A DNA stretch of 64,000 nucleotides from positions 32,984,001 through 33,048,000 of the forward strand of contig CM075986.1 of assembly GCA_038087875.1 (NCBI GenBank), read 5' to 3'. Below are positions 24,753-39,506 of the stretch, in pieces. Origin of the DNA: Malacoraja senta (taxonomy: Eukaryota). A model generated the notes under the pieces. That model was not told the origin of the DNA. It was given only the letters and a program-made list of their open reading frames with translations, and searched no databases. The number at the start of each line of letters is the position of its first letter. The first letter of the stretch is position 1. The translations under genes and the position numbers were made by a program.

Positions 24753-26479
24753 TAAAGTAAAGTAAAGTAAAGTAAAAAAAATGAGGTAGCTAGATCAGGA
24801 GGAATTATGTGTGTCTCTAAAGCCAGTACTTGATGTGACAGGGTGGTGAAGGGTTGGACATCTTGAAGAATTGCAACCCAGAACATGGCCAAAGAACCAA
24901 ATTGGGAGAGAAAGATTAGGTTAGAAATGCAATATTGATTTCATAGCTTGTGGGAAGGAGATGTTAGAGGTATACAATGGTACATCCTTAACCTTAAATA
25001 TAAGTTTCAAATGTGTTGCCTCTTTGGTGCCAAGATAAAATATGCCAAGGAGACAGCACTAAATATTTTTGGTATGGATATGGAAAATTGGAGCAGCCAG
25101 CATTACTGGTTCATGTCAGAACCAGCAACATGGAGAAGGATTGAGGTCTTGGAATTGGGGTGTTTTCGAGAAAGTTTTAAGAAGTACAATTTTAAAATGA
25201 GCCCTCCCTGGAATATGCCCAATTTCACGTCAAAGTGAAAATAAGACCTAGTGATTGAATGCACTGTTAAAGGTTGAGCGTTAAAGGTAGGGCTTCAGAT
25301 TTTTGCAATCAAAGTGCTCAGAAACGAGAGGAGGGTGGTGGGAGGGTGAGAAGCAATAAAGATGGTCCCTTGCTACTGCCATTCTGGTTTTTTTAAATTG
25401 CCACTAGAAAGATGGCAGGACTAGTAAAGTAAAGATATCCTTTCTGAAGTATCTTTACTGAAGCATAGGTGTTTGCTGAGGGTCAAGTGCTTCATGTTGA
25501 CTTGGCCTGATAAGTCTTCCTCTCTTCCAGCGGTTTTGCCTGCCCGACATCTCTCTGCTCATTATCTTGTTGCAGACTCCAAAAGAAAAATGCAGAAGCC
25601 TTGAGACATTTAGTTTCAAGGAAATGCAGTAACAGCAGATGCTGGAATTCTGAGCACAAGCAGCATCTGTGAAGCCCTGTGCTTTCTATTAAATTCTGCA
25701 GCTTTTAAGGAAGTAGTAAACATGATTTAACAAAGAATGATTGAACAACTAACCTGCAAATACTTGATAAAATCCCTTAAATTAGTATTGGGGAAGATCT
25801 TTCTGTTTGCTGAAGATATATTTAACTATGCAATGTTAATGCATCACCATTTCCTAATGTGTAAAACAGTAATCAGTATTCACTGACATCAAATCAGAAT
25901 TGAAGGAACAAGAGACTGCAGATGCTGGAATCTAGAGTAAAATAAAATAGAGTTGTTGGAGGAAGTCGACAGGTCAGGCAACATTTGTGGAGGGACAGTT
26001 GAAGTTTCCAATTTTGATGGGGAACCTCAACCTAAAACGGCGACTGTCTATTTGCCTCTGCAAATGCTATCTGATTTGCTGAGTTCCTCTAAAAGGTTTT
26101 CTATTTTAAAATTGGAACTATATGCTGACGGACATTATCTGACTATTCTGTGTGCTTCTGGGAGGCAAAACTTCCCAATATTCTTTGTGCTGGAAATGTC
26201 ACAATGATGGAAGAAATTTGGCATCCATAACACAAACAATTTATGGCCAATACATTTCTGTTATTTACTTTCATCTGAGTTACTGTACTCCATGCTGATT
26301 CTGGGCTTAATTTATTTAGCTGATGATTTTTCATTCTGTTATTTACATCTTTCGCATGCACACATTTTAAAAATAGCTGGACTCCCCTCCCCCAATCTTC
26401 TGATTTTAATGTTCTCGGAGACATAACTATTTCTATTGAGGTATGTTAAACATTCCACTATTGTACATCGTAAAAATGA

Positions 26480-29400
26480 TTGATAATATAAATTAGATCA
26501 ATATTTTATTAATTTAATGTTATATTTTCAGTAACTTACACAGTTCAGTAAAATATATCAACTTTAACTTAGGAAAATCAAAAATTTCACCACCTTTGAT
26601 ACAAAGTCAACTTCTTAAATATTAATTTTGGAACTTGGGTTAACTCCATTTTTAAATGACATTGTTTCAAGCAGTCACCACGTACTCTTTTTAAATGCAC
26701 AACCTTCTGTTGACTCCTCATGAGATAACTATTTCAGCAGTTATGTATTACATTACCAAGTATTTCATTGATCACATAAACATTTAAACATCTAGGAGGT
26801 TTTTCATACTGTATTCCTGATCAATTTATCACACATGACAAAGATATGTTTCTTTCATTCATTAATCTAAAGAAGAATTCAATTCATAAACTCAAAGGTC
26901 AAAAGATTCTTGTTCCTTAAGTTAATTGTACAACACAAATTACCATATTAAAGATATCTGATACATCACATTTATTTGGACATATCTTAAATATAATTGA
27001 AGAATGCATTAAAATGCCTTCTGGATAACATCAAGATGCACTATTAAACAAAATGGTTGAAATTGTTTTCAAGGAAAATATTAAAACTTTATGGTATTTC
27101 ATATAATGGAATAAATGTATTATATTTATGAAAATCCCTGGAAATCACATTAAGATACAGTATATCTAAGTGACAAATACACCAGGTAAGACAAATGAAT
27201 TTTGATGATATCGCAGATTTATGTCTCCGAGTGGCTAACTTCTCAAAAGTAATCTAGGGTCAAATGTCTCAAAATCATTTAAGGTATTTCTAAATGATTT
27301 TAAGATATTTACAAACATTTTCGATCAATGAATTAGAAATGAATGACAATTTAGCTTGGCATGTACCACCAAATCAAGTACAATACTGTCAAGTTTGAAG
27401 CAATTCACTTTGGTTGCAAGTACCACATGTCCTGCGAAGATTATTAAACATTTCCTGACATAATATTAAACTTGTTTGTGTGGACGCATTTAACAGTTAA
27501 ACGTTCTAGATTTCATATCAGAAATGCAGAACAGCTCACTATTACAAAATCTTTGAATAGTACTACTGATGTCCAAAAGGAAAATAAGCCATCAACTTTT
27601 AGACTGTACACATTATAAACAAGTTGCCTCATAACTACATTAAAAAAAATCTAACAAATACTAAATATGAGAGGCATGTTAGCACTAATTAAAATAAATG
27701 TACGCTTCAAACTTAGTAAATGTTAACACATTCCAAATACAAAAGAAATTCAATAAATCAACACATCTAGATTGTTGGATAATGCATTATTTCTGTAGTT
27801 TTACTACAGAGGTACAACACACTGTAGCCAGTATAACATCCACTGCAAAGATCCTCAATAATAAAGTAAGATTTACATTTTAAATAGTACTTGGTTATGC
27901 TTTTGTTAATGAAGCAGTATTTCTTGTAACAAAGATAACTGTTTTGGAGTTTGGATTTGTCTGCTTCATTTTACAAGGTTTTGTATCTTTGCATAAGGTC
28001 ATTTTTTTGTATTCCTTTTCACTTTTCTCTGAAAATGCTCTTGTTGCTGAAAGTCATCTGCTTTCTGTGATTAGCATTCATCAAATACAATTGATTAATG
28101 CATATAATTTATGTAATGTGGTTTCTTGTCCAGTACAGATTCTGTTAATCTATTCTAGCATATATACAAGCACAATTAATAGTGGGATATCAACTGCATC
28201 ATATATTGCCATCATGTAGCTTCTCACTACGTAGGCACAAGCAAATCTGCTTAACATCAGCAAAAATAATTTAAACTATTTGAAATGATTTTTAAACATA
28301 TAAATAAAATACGCATCAACAACAGTGATATATGAAAATGTTAATCGCTCACCGCTTCCCTGATGGATAACAACTAACTCCAGCATCTGTCATTATACCA
28401 AACTAGGTAGACCAGAAATTCAATTCTTGGTCTGTGCTGAATTAGCTGATCTCAGCCACAATAACATTCCCTGGGCTAGGAAATGGTTTCTGTTCGTGAT
28501 TGCTATCCAAAGTATATATGAAGATTAGATGAGAAAAATATCGACCTTTGGTGTTGATGACTCACACGATAAAGTGATGTACTCAACATGTAAGAGGAAT
28601 GTTATTTGGCGAGTTAGTATGGGTGCTATCAGCCACAGAACTACAATGTTTAAAAAATAGCCTGAACCCTCAACCAAAGATGTCAGAGCGAGAGAATGAG
28701 GGGAAAAAAGTAAATTAACTTAAAAATGACTGTCTTGTATATGCCACTGTGTACCTTGTGTTACAAATTGTTAATTATTCTGTGTAGATATTATCATGCA
28801 TCTACATAATATTCACTTTTGGCAAAAAAAATCTAAACTCTAATTGAAGTGATCCAAGAAATTCAAAGTATAATATATTAACATAGTGTAAACCTGAGGC
28901 GGTAATTTCACCTTTCCACATCAGAATACTTATACATCTTATTTGCAATCTGATATTACCTAAATTTTAAAATGAAATTAATGCCTTATTATTACTCCTG
29001 GATAGCTCTTATTCACTGCATAAATATCAAACTGCGAACAATAATAATTAATGGTATTTTCCAATGAATTATCTTCAATGTCATTACTTTCATATTTCCA
29101 GGCATCAGTAATATATTATACAAAGTCTGTGACCATTGCACATTATCTGTAACTTCAATTATATAAACAGAGGGTCTAACCAGATTAGGGTAATATAAAT
29201 ATAAACAGAACCGCTAAATCTAAACTATGATAAACGTTTACTTAACAGGATAATTGCAGTATATGTACTGGTTTCATTAATCTCCACTTACTGTTGTGGC
29301 ATTAAATATTTTATTTCATTTATTGATTTTTAGCTCTTATACTTCTTACCAAAAGACTGCACCTTGATGCACTTGTTCATCACCTTCACCAAATAGAGGT

Positions 29401-29789
29401 CATGTCAAAGAAAGCCATGACCTTTTTTTTATAAATTTTATGTGTAATAAATAACAAACATCTTGAAGAAACTAAAACAAACATTAGATTAAAATTTCCT
29501 GACTAAGGAGATTTAGTCACTTTGATTGTAAAGATTTGACAAGAACAGTTTACCAAACCATGAAGTAAAATGATCTTGTTAAATTATGGTTGTGAGATTT
29601 TATGTAAGCTTCATATTATGTGTCTCAATAGATAGATATCTATTTACTAACCAAACATGACCACATATTACATCGCTTATAATTACTTTTACTTAACCAA
29701 TTCATATTTGTGTTACTTTAAAGATAATAATGAATAGAATAATTTATTATGCGACTTTTCAGTCTATTATTTGATTTTCTAGCAGTTCT
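26480..29789 (-). other. MEIOC: Probable long MEIOC 3'UTR
   Basis: About 3.3 kb, AT-rich and nearly free of recognisable TEs. Minus-strand AATAAA at 29743, 29310, 26971 and 26505. The true end is unknown. Confidence 0.45.
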
Positions 29790-30035
<246 letters not shown>

Positions 30036-30746
30036 TCATGAAAAATATGAGTGAGTCTATTTGATCTATGAAGTGACTTAATAGTACAAAGCAGTAGAGC
30101 ACACTGATAACATATCAAGCAGAAGCTGAACATTACTCCAAATGCAAGCAAACAAATTCTTGAAATAGCATTGGGAAAATATTACTATCCAAATTAAACT
30201 TCCCTGAGTCAACCTCATTCTCTGTACTATAAATATAATTTGATTGAATGGGTGGTGGAAACAAATTCGCCAACATTTGAGAAAGAATACAGCAAAGGAA
30301 AAATGGCAGAGTAGAACCTTATGAAAAGCCAAGTTAAGCAGAAGAGGTTAAATGATGATTGTCTTCCATTTAATCTGAACCCCCAGAACATTATATCACA
30401 TGAAAAGTCTATTGAAGCCAGCTGGTTGTGTTGGGCAGACAGATCACAACAATTATTATTTATCTGTTTTCGAGAGTATCTTTCACATGAAGTCTAGAAA
30501 ATAAATCTAATAACATGGATCAAATCGACTTATTGAGAAAGAGCCTCCATTGCCATTGTACCATTCAATTTCAAGATATGATCAATTATGCTGTGGATTA
30601 AACAGGCAATGCTAGATATCATTTAAATTTCAAGTGGATAAATTATTGTAGAACTAATATTCCTTCTCCGCAAATGTTAGTCATCTACGATTATATTCAT
30701 TGTATTCAGAAATTTTGGAAGTCATAAGTTGTTCAATTACCCTCTA

Positions 30747-30977
<231 letters not shown>

Positions 30978-33900
30978 TTAATATAAGATTTTTTATAACT
31001 CATTCATATATTTATGTGATAATATTAATAACATTTGTGTTTATTTTTGTAACATTGACAGAATGTTATAGTTCAACTGAACTCTAAATTATCTGGAGTT
31101 GTTACTGTTTGAACACCGACTCATAAATGTACATCACTATTTTTACAATTGCATCTGGGGCTAAAAATTATTATTGAGGTGCTGAAAGTTTGCAAAATAT
31201 AACTTACTTAAAAACAATACATAGCCTGCAATTTTCATATGTTTATTTACAATATTTTTTCTACTGATTCTTCTATTTTTACAGATCAAAACAAATGCTG
31301 AAACAGCAACATTTATATCAAAATGCCCTTATATCAATATTGTAATTAACCAATATTGTAATTTCAGTCACTCGAAATGAAAAAGAATGGTAAAATGAGT
31401 TTATGTTCATTCTCTATGTAATTTCAATTTCAAATTTATCCCAGCCGGAGAATTTGAAAAATAATATTTTAAGGTAGGTACCAAATCTTCACTCCCAACT
31501 AATATAAATTTATCAACAGACAAAAATAACAATATTTCTTGTCTTATGTCAGTTCACTGCACTGTTGGGCCAAACTAGCACTACCAGAGACACACTACTG
31601 ACAACTGGTAAAAGATATACTTAATTTTATGCAAACTATTAATTGTAAAGACAATATACAAGCACTCAGTTTGCATATCACACTACCAAGGCACATTGTG
31701 GTCAGCCCAAGTCTGGAGAGGAGATTGTGTTCCTTGAATTCCAAACCCTTTTTGATTGGTGGTTCTAGGTTGTGATCCCCAGTTCATTCTCGGGTTTTGT
31801 AAGGGGTTAAATCCTACTTCCAAGACCCATCTCCTTTTTGTTCCTTCTGTTCTCCAATGAGATAGCAACACAATGATATTGAGGATACAACACTGTAAAC
31901 TGAAAGAGCCTTTAGAAGGGGAAACTACCCCACAGCTAATGACCTGACAAAGCTGTTTATTCTGTAATAAATAAATAATAGCTGTGTATAAAGGATTTCT
32001 AAGACCAATAAACTCGAAGTGAGATAGTAAAAAGAAAACAAACACCAAAAGACATATTGCATTGGCAAAACATATTGATGTATTAGCAAAAATAACAGGC
32101 GACGTACATCTCTACCATTCAAATGCCTTCTCACTAATGAGTTTTCAATGCTTAATAAATATACTCCCTATTTTACAGGCTAATGATGGTAATGTTAGAA
32201 AATAATTGCTTATAATCATAGAATAATACAGCATGGAACCAGACCTTTCGGCTCAACTTGGCCATGCTGACAAAGATACCCCATGTACACTAGTCCCACC
32301 TGTCCGTGTTTGGGCCATATCCCTCTAAACCTTTCCTATCCATGTACTTGTCCATATGTCTTTGAACTGTTGTTATAGTACCTGCCTTGGTTACCTCCGG
32401 GCAGCTCGTTACATATACCCACCACCATCTGTGTAAAAGAAATTGGCCCACAGATTCCTATTTAACCTTTCCCCTCTCACTTATACCTACTGTATGTCCT
32501 CTGATTCTTGATTCCCCTACTTTGGGTAAAAGACTGTATCTACCCTATATATTCCCTTCATGATCTTATACAGGTTTATAAGATCACCCCTCATCTTCCT
32601 GCGTTCCATGGAGTAACGCTGTAGCCTGCCCAACCTCTCCCTTTAGCTCAGGCCCTCAAGTCCTGGCAACATACTCTCTGCACTCTTTGCAGCTTAACAA
32701 CATCATTCCTATAGCAGGGTGACCAAAACTGAACACAATACCCCAAATGTGGTCTCACCAATGTCTTGAACAACTGTCACATAACATCCCAACTTCTATA
32801 CTCAATGTCTTAACTGTCGAAAGCCAATGCACCAAAATCCTTCTTGACCCCCTATCTACAGTGTCCTCCATAATGTTTGGGACAAAGACCCATAATTTAA
32901 TTATTTGCCTCTGTACTCCACAATTTGAGATTTGTAATAGAAAAAATCACCATGTAGAAATTACAGCAGTGTTTATACATAGTCCCCCATGTTCAGGGCA
33001 CCATAATGTTTGTGACACAGCAATGTCATGTCAATGAAAGTAGTCATATTTAGTATTTTGTTGCATATCCTTTGCATGCAATGACTGCTTGAAGTCTGCG
33101 ATTCATGGACATCACCAGTTGCTGGGTGCCTTCTCTGGTGATGTTCTGCCAGGCCTGTATTGCAGCCATCTTCAGCTTATGCTTGTTTTGGGGGCTAATC
33201 CTCTTCAGTTTTCTCTTCTGCATATAAAAGGCATGCTCAATTGGGTTCAGATCGGTTGATTGACTTGGCCACTCAAGAATTGACCACTTTTTTAGCTTTG
33301 AAAAACTCCTTTGTTGCTTTAGCAGTATATTTGGGATCATTGTATTGCTGTAGATTGTACCACCGGCCAATGAGTTTTGAGGCATTTGTTTGAACTTGAG
33401 CAGATAGGATGTGTCTATACACTCAGAATTCATTATGCTACTACCATCAGCAGTTGTATCATCAATGAAGATAAGTGAGCCAGTACCTCCAGCAGCCATA
33501 CATGCCCAGGCCATGACACCCCCACCACCGTGTTTCACAGATGAGGTGGTATGCTTTGGATCTTGGGCAGTTCCTTCTCTCCTCCATACTTTGCTCTTGC
33601 CATCACTCTGATATAAGTTAATCGTGACATTTTTCCACTAGACCTTTGTCCAGAACTGTGGTTGCTCTTTAAGTACTTCTTGGCAAACTGTAACCTGGCC
33701 ATCCTATTTTTGTGGCTAACCAGTGGTTTGCATTTTGGAGTGTAGCCTCTGTATTTCTGTTCATGAAGTCTTCTGTGGACAGTGGTCAGACAAATCCACA
33801 CTTGACTTCTGAAGTGTTTCTGATCTGTCGGACAGGTGATTGGGGATTTTTCTTTATTATAGAGAGAATTCTTCTGTCATCAGCTGTGGAGGTCTTCCTT

Positions 33901-34157
33901 GGCCTGCCAGTCCCTTTGCAATTAGTAAGCTCACTTTCTTCTTAATGATGTTCCAAACTGTTGATTTTGGTAAGCCGAAGGTTTGGCTGATGTTTCTAAC
34001 AGTTTTACTCTTGTTTCTCAGTCTCATAATGGCTTCTTTGACTTTCATTGGCTCATCCTCATGTTGATAAACAGTAATAAAAGTTTCCAAAGGTGATGGA
34101 AAGTGGAGGAAAGACTAGGTGCTGGGAGCTCTCTTATACCTGCATTAAGGAGGCATT

Positions 34158-34785
34158 TAGACAATAGACAATAGGTGCAGGAGTGGGCCGTACGGCCCTT
34201 CAAGCCATGAATGTGATCATGGCTGATCATCCACAATCAGTACTCTGCTCTATTTTCAAGAGCCCTATCTAGCTCTTTCTTGAAAGTTTCCAGAGATCCG
34301 GCCTCCACCGCCCTCTGAGGCAGAGAATTCCAGACTCACAACTCTCTGTGTGAAAGTGTTTCCTCTTCTCCGTTCTAAACGGCTTTCCCCTTATTCTTAA
34401 ACTGTGGCCCCTGGTTCTGGACTCCCCCAACATCAGGAATATGTTTCCTGCCTCTAGCGTGTCCAAACCTTTAATAATCTTATATGTTTCAATAAGATCC
34501 CCTCTAATCATTCTAAATTCCAGACTATACAAGCCCAACCGCTCCATTCTCTCAGCATGACAGTCCCGCTATCCCGGGAATTAACCTTGTGAACCTACGC
34601 TGCACTCCCTCAATAGCAAGAATGTCCTTCCTCAAATTTGAAAACCAAATCTGCATGCAATACTCCAGGTGTGGTCCCACTAGGACAACTGCAGAAGGAC
34701 CTCTTTGCTCCTATACTCAACTCCCCCAACATCGGAAACATGTTTCCTGCCTCTAGCGTGTCCAAACCCTTAATAATCTTAATAA
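34158..34785 (-). mobile_element. CR1 3' fragment nested in Tc1
   Basis: LGLYSLEFR..RGDLIETYK..TRGHSLRI plus the CR1 3'UTR. Confidence 0.85.
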
Positions 34786-34971
34786 TTTAAACACCCCTGA
34801 GAAATTATAAACACCTGTGAAGCCATGTGTCCCAAACATTATGGTGCCCTGAAATTGGGGGGGGGGGGGGGGGGGGGGACGGGACTATGTATAAACACAG
34901 CTGTAATTTCTACATGGTGAAATCAAAATATATAAAAATACCCTTTGATAAAATCTGACAATGTGCACTTT

Positions 34972-35567
34972 GCTGGGACACCATCATGCAGCGGGCGATG
35001 CCCTACCCGGGTCGCCATGCAGTAAGCTCCGGAGTGCTGTGACTGCCGACTCCAACATCCGAGGAGCTGTGGCTGCGGAGCGTCCAGCCGCGGGCGGCGC
35101 TGGATTTAAAACACCACGGAGCCTGGGATCCGAGATCGCCAGACTCGGAGCTACAACCAGTGCGCAGCCTGAGGACCTCAGGAGCCGCGGTCTCCGGGGA
35201 GGAAGCGGCCGCTCCAGACATTCCAAGCCGCTGAGGAGTGTTCCATCTTCCCGGCAGGAGGGCCTGTAACATCGGGCCGCCGTTGTGGCGACTTGCTGCG
35301 GAGGCCCTCAAATAGGCCCCGACCTCGGGTGGACTACGAGGAGGAGGAGGAGGAGGACTGGACTTTTTGGTGCCTTCCCTCACAATGGAAAGTGTTGATT
35401 CTGCTGTGGGGGGACGTTCATGTTGAATCCTATTGTGTATTGTGTCTTTTTTTAATTTTTAATTTTATATGGATGTATGGTAATCTAATTTCTTCTCTGT
35501 AAAGCACTTTGGCTTCAACGTGATTTGATTTAAAAGTGCTATATAAATAAAAATTAATTACTTGCTT
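34972..35567 (+). mobile_element. GC-rich non-coding retro-element nested in the Tc1 TIR
   Basis: Shares the gactttggtgccttccctcaca..tttgattctgctgtgggga block with 7586-9090 and 58931-59794. ACTTT direct repeats at 34967-34971 and 35568-35572. L2-type tail. Confidence 0.65.
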
Positions 35568-37258
35568 ACTTTAACCACATGTGATTTTTTTCTATTACAA
35601 ATCTCAAATTGTGGAGTAGAGGCAAATCAATAAATGATGGGTCTTTGTCCCAAACATTATGGAGGTCACTGTATCTTATCTCTCAGATTATTCTCCAATA
35701 ACTTGCCTATCACAGATGTTAGGCTCACTAGTTTATGATTCCCAGACCTTTCCTTGCAGTCCTTTTTAAATAGAGGCACAACATTAGCCACCCTGCAGTA
35801 TTCCGGCTATTAATGATTCATATATCTCAGCCACGGAGCCTGCAATTTCCCCTCTAGCTTCTCACGGTGTCCTTGGATACTTCTTATCATGCTTGGGATA
35901 ATTGTCTACCTTTATATTCCTTAAGACGTTCAACACCTCCTAGATAATACCGAATGTCCTCAAGCCACTTTCATTAACTGTCTCAAGTTCCCCAGTATTC
36001 ATGTCTTTCTCCACAGTAAAAACAGAGGAGAAATACTCAGTGTGGACTATGCCCCTCTCCGGCAGCTCCACATAGAGATGACTGCTTTGGTTTCTGAGGG
36101 GTTCTAATCTCTCTCAAGACACCCTCTTTCCCTTAATGTACTTACAAAATCTCTTTAGATTTCCATTATTACCTTCCAGAGCTATCTCCTGCCCCCATTT
36201 TGCCCTCCTGATTTCCTTCTTACGTATGATCGTCAGTTCTCGAAACTCATCCAGGGATACACTTGATCCCAGCTGTCTATACCTGTCCCATGCCTCCTAC
36301 TTTTTCCTGACCAGAGCCTCAATTTCTCTCTTCGTTCAAGCTTCCTTACACCCATCTGCCTTGCCCTTCACTCTAACAGGAACATGCATGCCCTGAAATC
36401 GTATCATCACACTTTTAAAAGCATTCCACTTTCCAGGCGTTCCTTTGCCCACAAACCACCTACTCAAATCAACTTAAGTAAGTTCCTGCTTAATACCAAA
36501 GCTGGCCTGACTCTGATGCAGAATTTGAACTCCTGGGCCCACCCTGTCTTTATCCATAACGATCTTAAAGCTAATAGAACAATAGTCATTGGTCCCAAAA
36601 GGCTCACCCATGAATACAACAGTCCTAAGAGTAGATCAAGTTTTCCCTCTACATATTGGCTGAGGAAACTTTCCTGAAAACATTTGACAAATTCCATCCC
36701 ATCTAAGCCTTTTGCACTATGACAGTCCCAGCCTATATTGGGGAAGTTAAAATCCCCTACTATGACTAATTTATTAGTCTTGCACCTGCCTGCAATCTCC
36801 TGGAATAATTCTTGTTGGCACTCCCAACACAGTGATCATCACTTTTTCACTTCACAGGCCCATCCATATAGCTTCACAGGACTAACCATCAGTAATGTCA
36901 TCTCAGACTACTGCCATGACATTCTCCTTAATCAATAAAGTAACACCTCCATCTAATTTACCCCACCTCTATCTTTTCTGTGCCATCTGTACCCTGGAGC
37001 ATTAAGATGTCACTCCTGTCCGTCTCTTAGCCAGGTTTCCAGAATGGCTGCATCACAGACACATATCTATACACGCTCTCTTCAACCTTCTGTCTAACTA
37101 CCTATATTCATTTTGCTGGACCTCATCCCTTTTCCTACCTGTGTCATTTATGCCAACAACATGACAATGACTTTTGGCTGCTCACCCTCCCCTTTGAGAA
37201 TGTCATGCAGCCACTCCAAGATATCCTGGATTCTGGCACCAGGGAGGTACCATACCAT

Positions 37259-37456
37259 AGACACAAAAAGCTGGAATAACTCAGAGGGACAGGCAGCATC
37301 TCTGGAGAGAAGGAATGGGTGACGTTTCGGGTCGAGACCCTTCTTCCCGGAATGTTACCCATTCCTTCTCTCCAGAGATGCTGCCTGTCCCGCTGAGTTA
37401 CTCCGGCTTTTTGTGTCTATCTTCGGTTTAAACCACCATCTACAGTTCCTTCCTAC
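37259..37456. mobile_element. Fold-back Penelope-derived short element
   Basis: Inverted arms and a 14-bp TSD AGGTA(C/A)CATACCAT at 37245-37258 and 37457-37470. Confidence 0.75.
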
Positions 37457-38164
37457 AGGTAACATACCATCCTTGATTGCTGCCAGAATCTCCTGTCTGC
37501 CCCCTAATAATGAGTCTCCTATCACTATGGCTCCACTTGACATTACCCTTCCCCATTGTGCCTCAGAGCCCAGCTCAGTGCCACAGCCCTCCCTGCTACT
37601 CCTGCTCATTTCTGATGGGCCATGCCTACCACAATATCCAAACAGGTATACCTGATTGAAGGGAAATGGCCACAGGTGTCACCTCCACTCTTCGACTACT
37701 CCCTTTCCTCATGGTCACCTACCTAATCTCTTCCTATTCCTCAGGCGTGATCACCTTGCTATTAGTCTAATCTAAGCTCTCATTTTCCCAGATGATCCTG
37801 AGGTTATCTAGCTGCAGCTCCAGTTCCCAAATGCGATCTGTTAGGAGCTGCACCTGGACACAATTTCCATAGGTGTAATCATCAGAAACCAGCAGTTTCC
37901 CTGACTTCCCACATCCTGCAGGAGGAACATTGTGGCATTCTACTTGCCATCACTACTGCACTAAACTAAGAAGAATCACACAAAACAGCAGACGGAACCT
38001 TTTCCTTGTGTCCCCCTCTGGTCAACCTCCTTGCCAAAAACTCTTGAGCCAAGGACTCACTTACCCTCAACACAGCACTTAACTTTAACACAGCCTCTCC
38101 TCCCAACATGGCCACTCTCAATTTGCCACTCCGCCACACTGTGTCTTTTACTTATAGTTGCTCA

Positions 38165-38422
38165 GCTAGCCAATTTTGATCATTCAACCAATCCACAGGC
38201 TAGCTTTTAAATTCTCCCGCCCATGCTGAGACACTGAAATTAACTGGCTCCAACAATCCATGGGCTAGCTATTAAATTCTCCAGCTCCGGCTCCGACATT
38301 GACTGGTTTCACTAATCTCACATCTAGCTTTTAAATTCTCCCACTCCTGCTGACACTGAAATGAACTGGCTCCACTAAACCATGGGCTAGCTTTTAAATT
38401 ATCCCGCTCCTACACTGAAATT
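38165..38422. repeat. Imperfect ~63-bp tandem repeat (~4 units), likely CR1 5'UTR
   Basis: Recurring GCTAGCTTTTAAATTCTCCC...CACTGAAAT..ACTGGCTCCA. Confidence 0.75.
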
Positions 38423-39001
38423 ATTAAACCTTTATGACATTCTTATGTTCATTACTTAGTTAAATCGGTCAGATTAGATTAATATGATATAACGTATTAT
38501 ATATTCAATAATAATGTTAATTTTTGAGAAGTCTCTTTGATAATTTCCGCTCGGTGAGGTCTCAAAATGCAGCCCACTTTTTAAGAAGGGCATACAGTAA
38601 CTTTCTCTCAATGGTTTAATGCTGCCTGGAAGAGTATGTTGGAAAATTAACTGATTTCAAACACCATTAAAACTTATTTTAAAGTATTAAACAATCAGAA
38701 GTTAAATAAAAAGTAAGGATGAACCTTTATTCCATTATTTACTTATCACCATAATTTCTCTATTATCTTTGTTACCTCAACTCTGAAGTAATTATGTCAT
38801 TATTGTTTTGTTGGCGAATGGTAAACAGTAGTGCAGTCACTTTGTTAACACTTCAAATGAAATGTTTTGATCACAATGGCCAATTATTACATGTTTGGAT
38901 ATAACTACATTTCAAAAAGCAACAAAATCCTTAAATACAAAGAACTAAATGTGCACCTTAGCATATTTTTAAAAATGGGATGTGTTTAATTAATCAAACT
39001 A

Positions 39002-39229
<228 letters not shown>

Positions 39230-39506
39230 TCAGACAAAAATAGTTTGTAAATGGCAATTTGCCAAATGGGTTGACTGATTTGTCTATCCTAACACCATCA
39301 ATCCTCATGTCCACATATCATGAAATGGCAGAACAATGTACACAAATACTGCAAAAAAACCCATTCAGCTCATCAACAATGATTTTAAAAGAAAATGTAA
39401 AATTAGTAAAATTATGGCCTCTATTCAGATCACAAGACAAATTATAAAATAATGAATTGGTACATTAAGGGGCACTTTCAGAGAATGGGATCGAGGCAAA
39501 CTGTTA

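Larger units (their letters stand above)
32859..35671 (-). mobile_element. Tc1 DNA transposon (decayed transposase ~33050-34060) with two nested inserts
   Basis: TIRs CAGTG(T/A)CCTCCATAATGTTTGGGACAAAGACCCAT, with TA TSD at 32857-32858 and 35672-35673. Inner direct repeats at ~32996 and ~34826 (IR/DR type). Motifs KHGGGGVMAW and WPSQSTDLNPIE. Confidence 0.9.
32215..38420 (-). mobile_element. Old, nearly full-length but deleted CR1 in a MEIOC intron, split by Tc1
   Basis: 3' end at 32215-32856, ORF2 remnants at 35674-37100, and ORF1 remnants (CRMWEVR..QVQLLTDRIWELELQLD) near 37780-37920. Confidence 0.7.
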
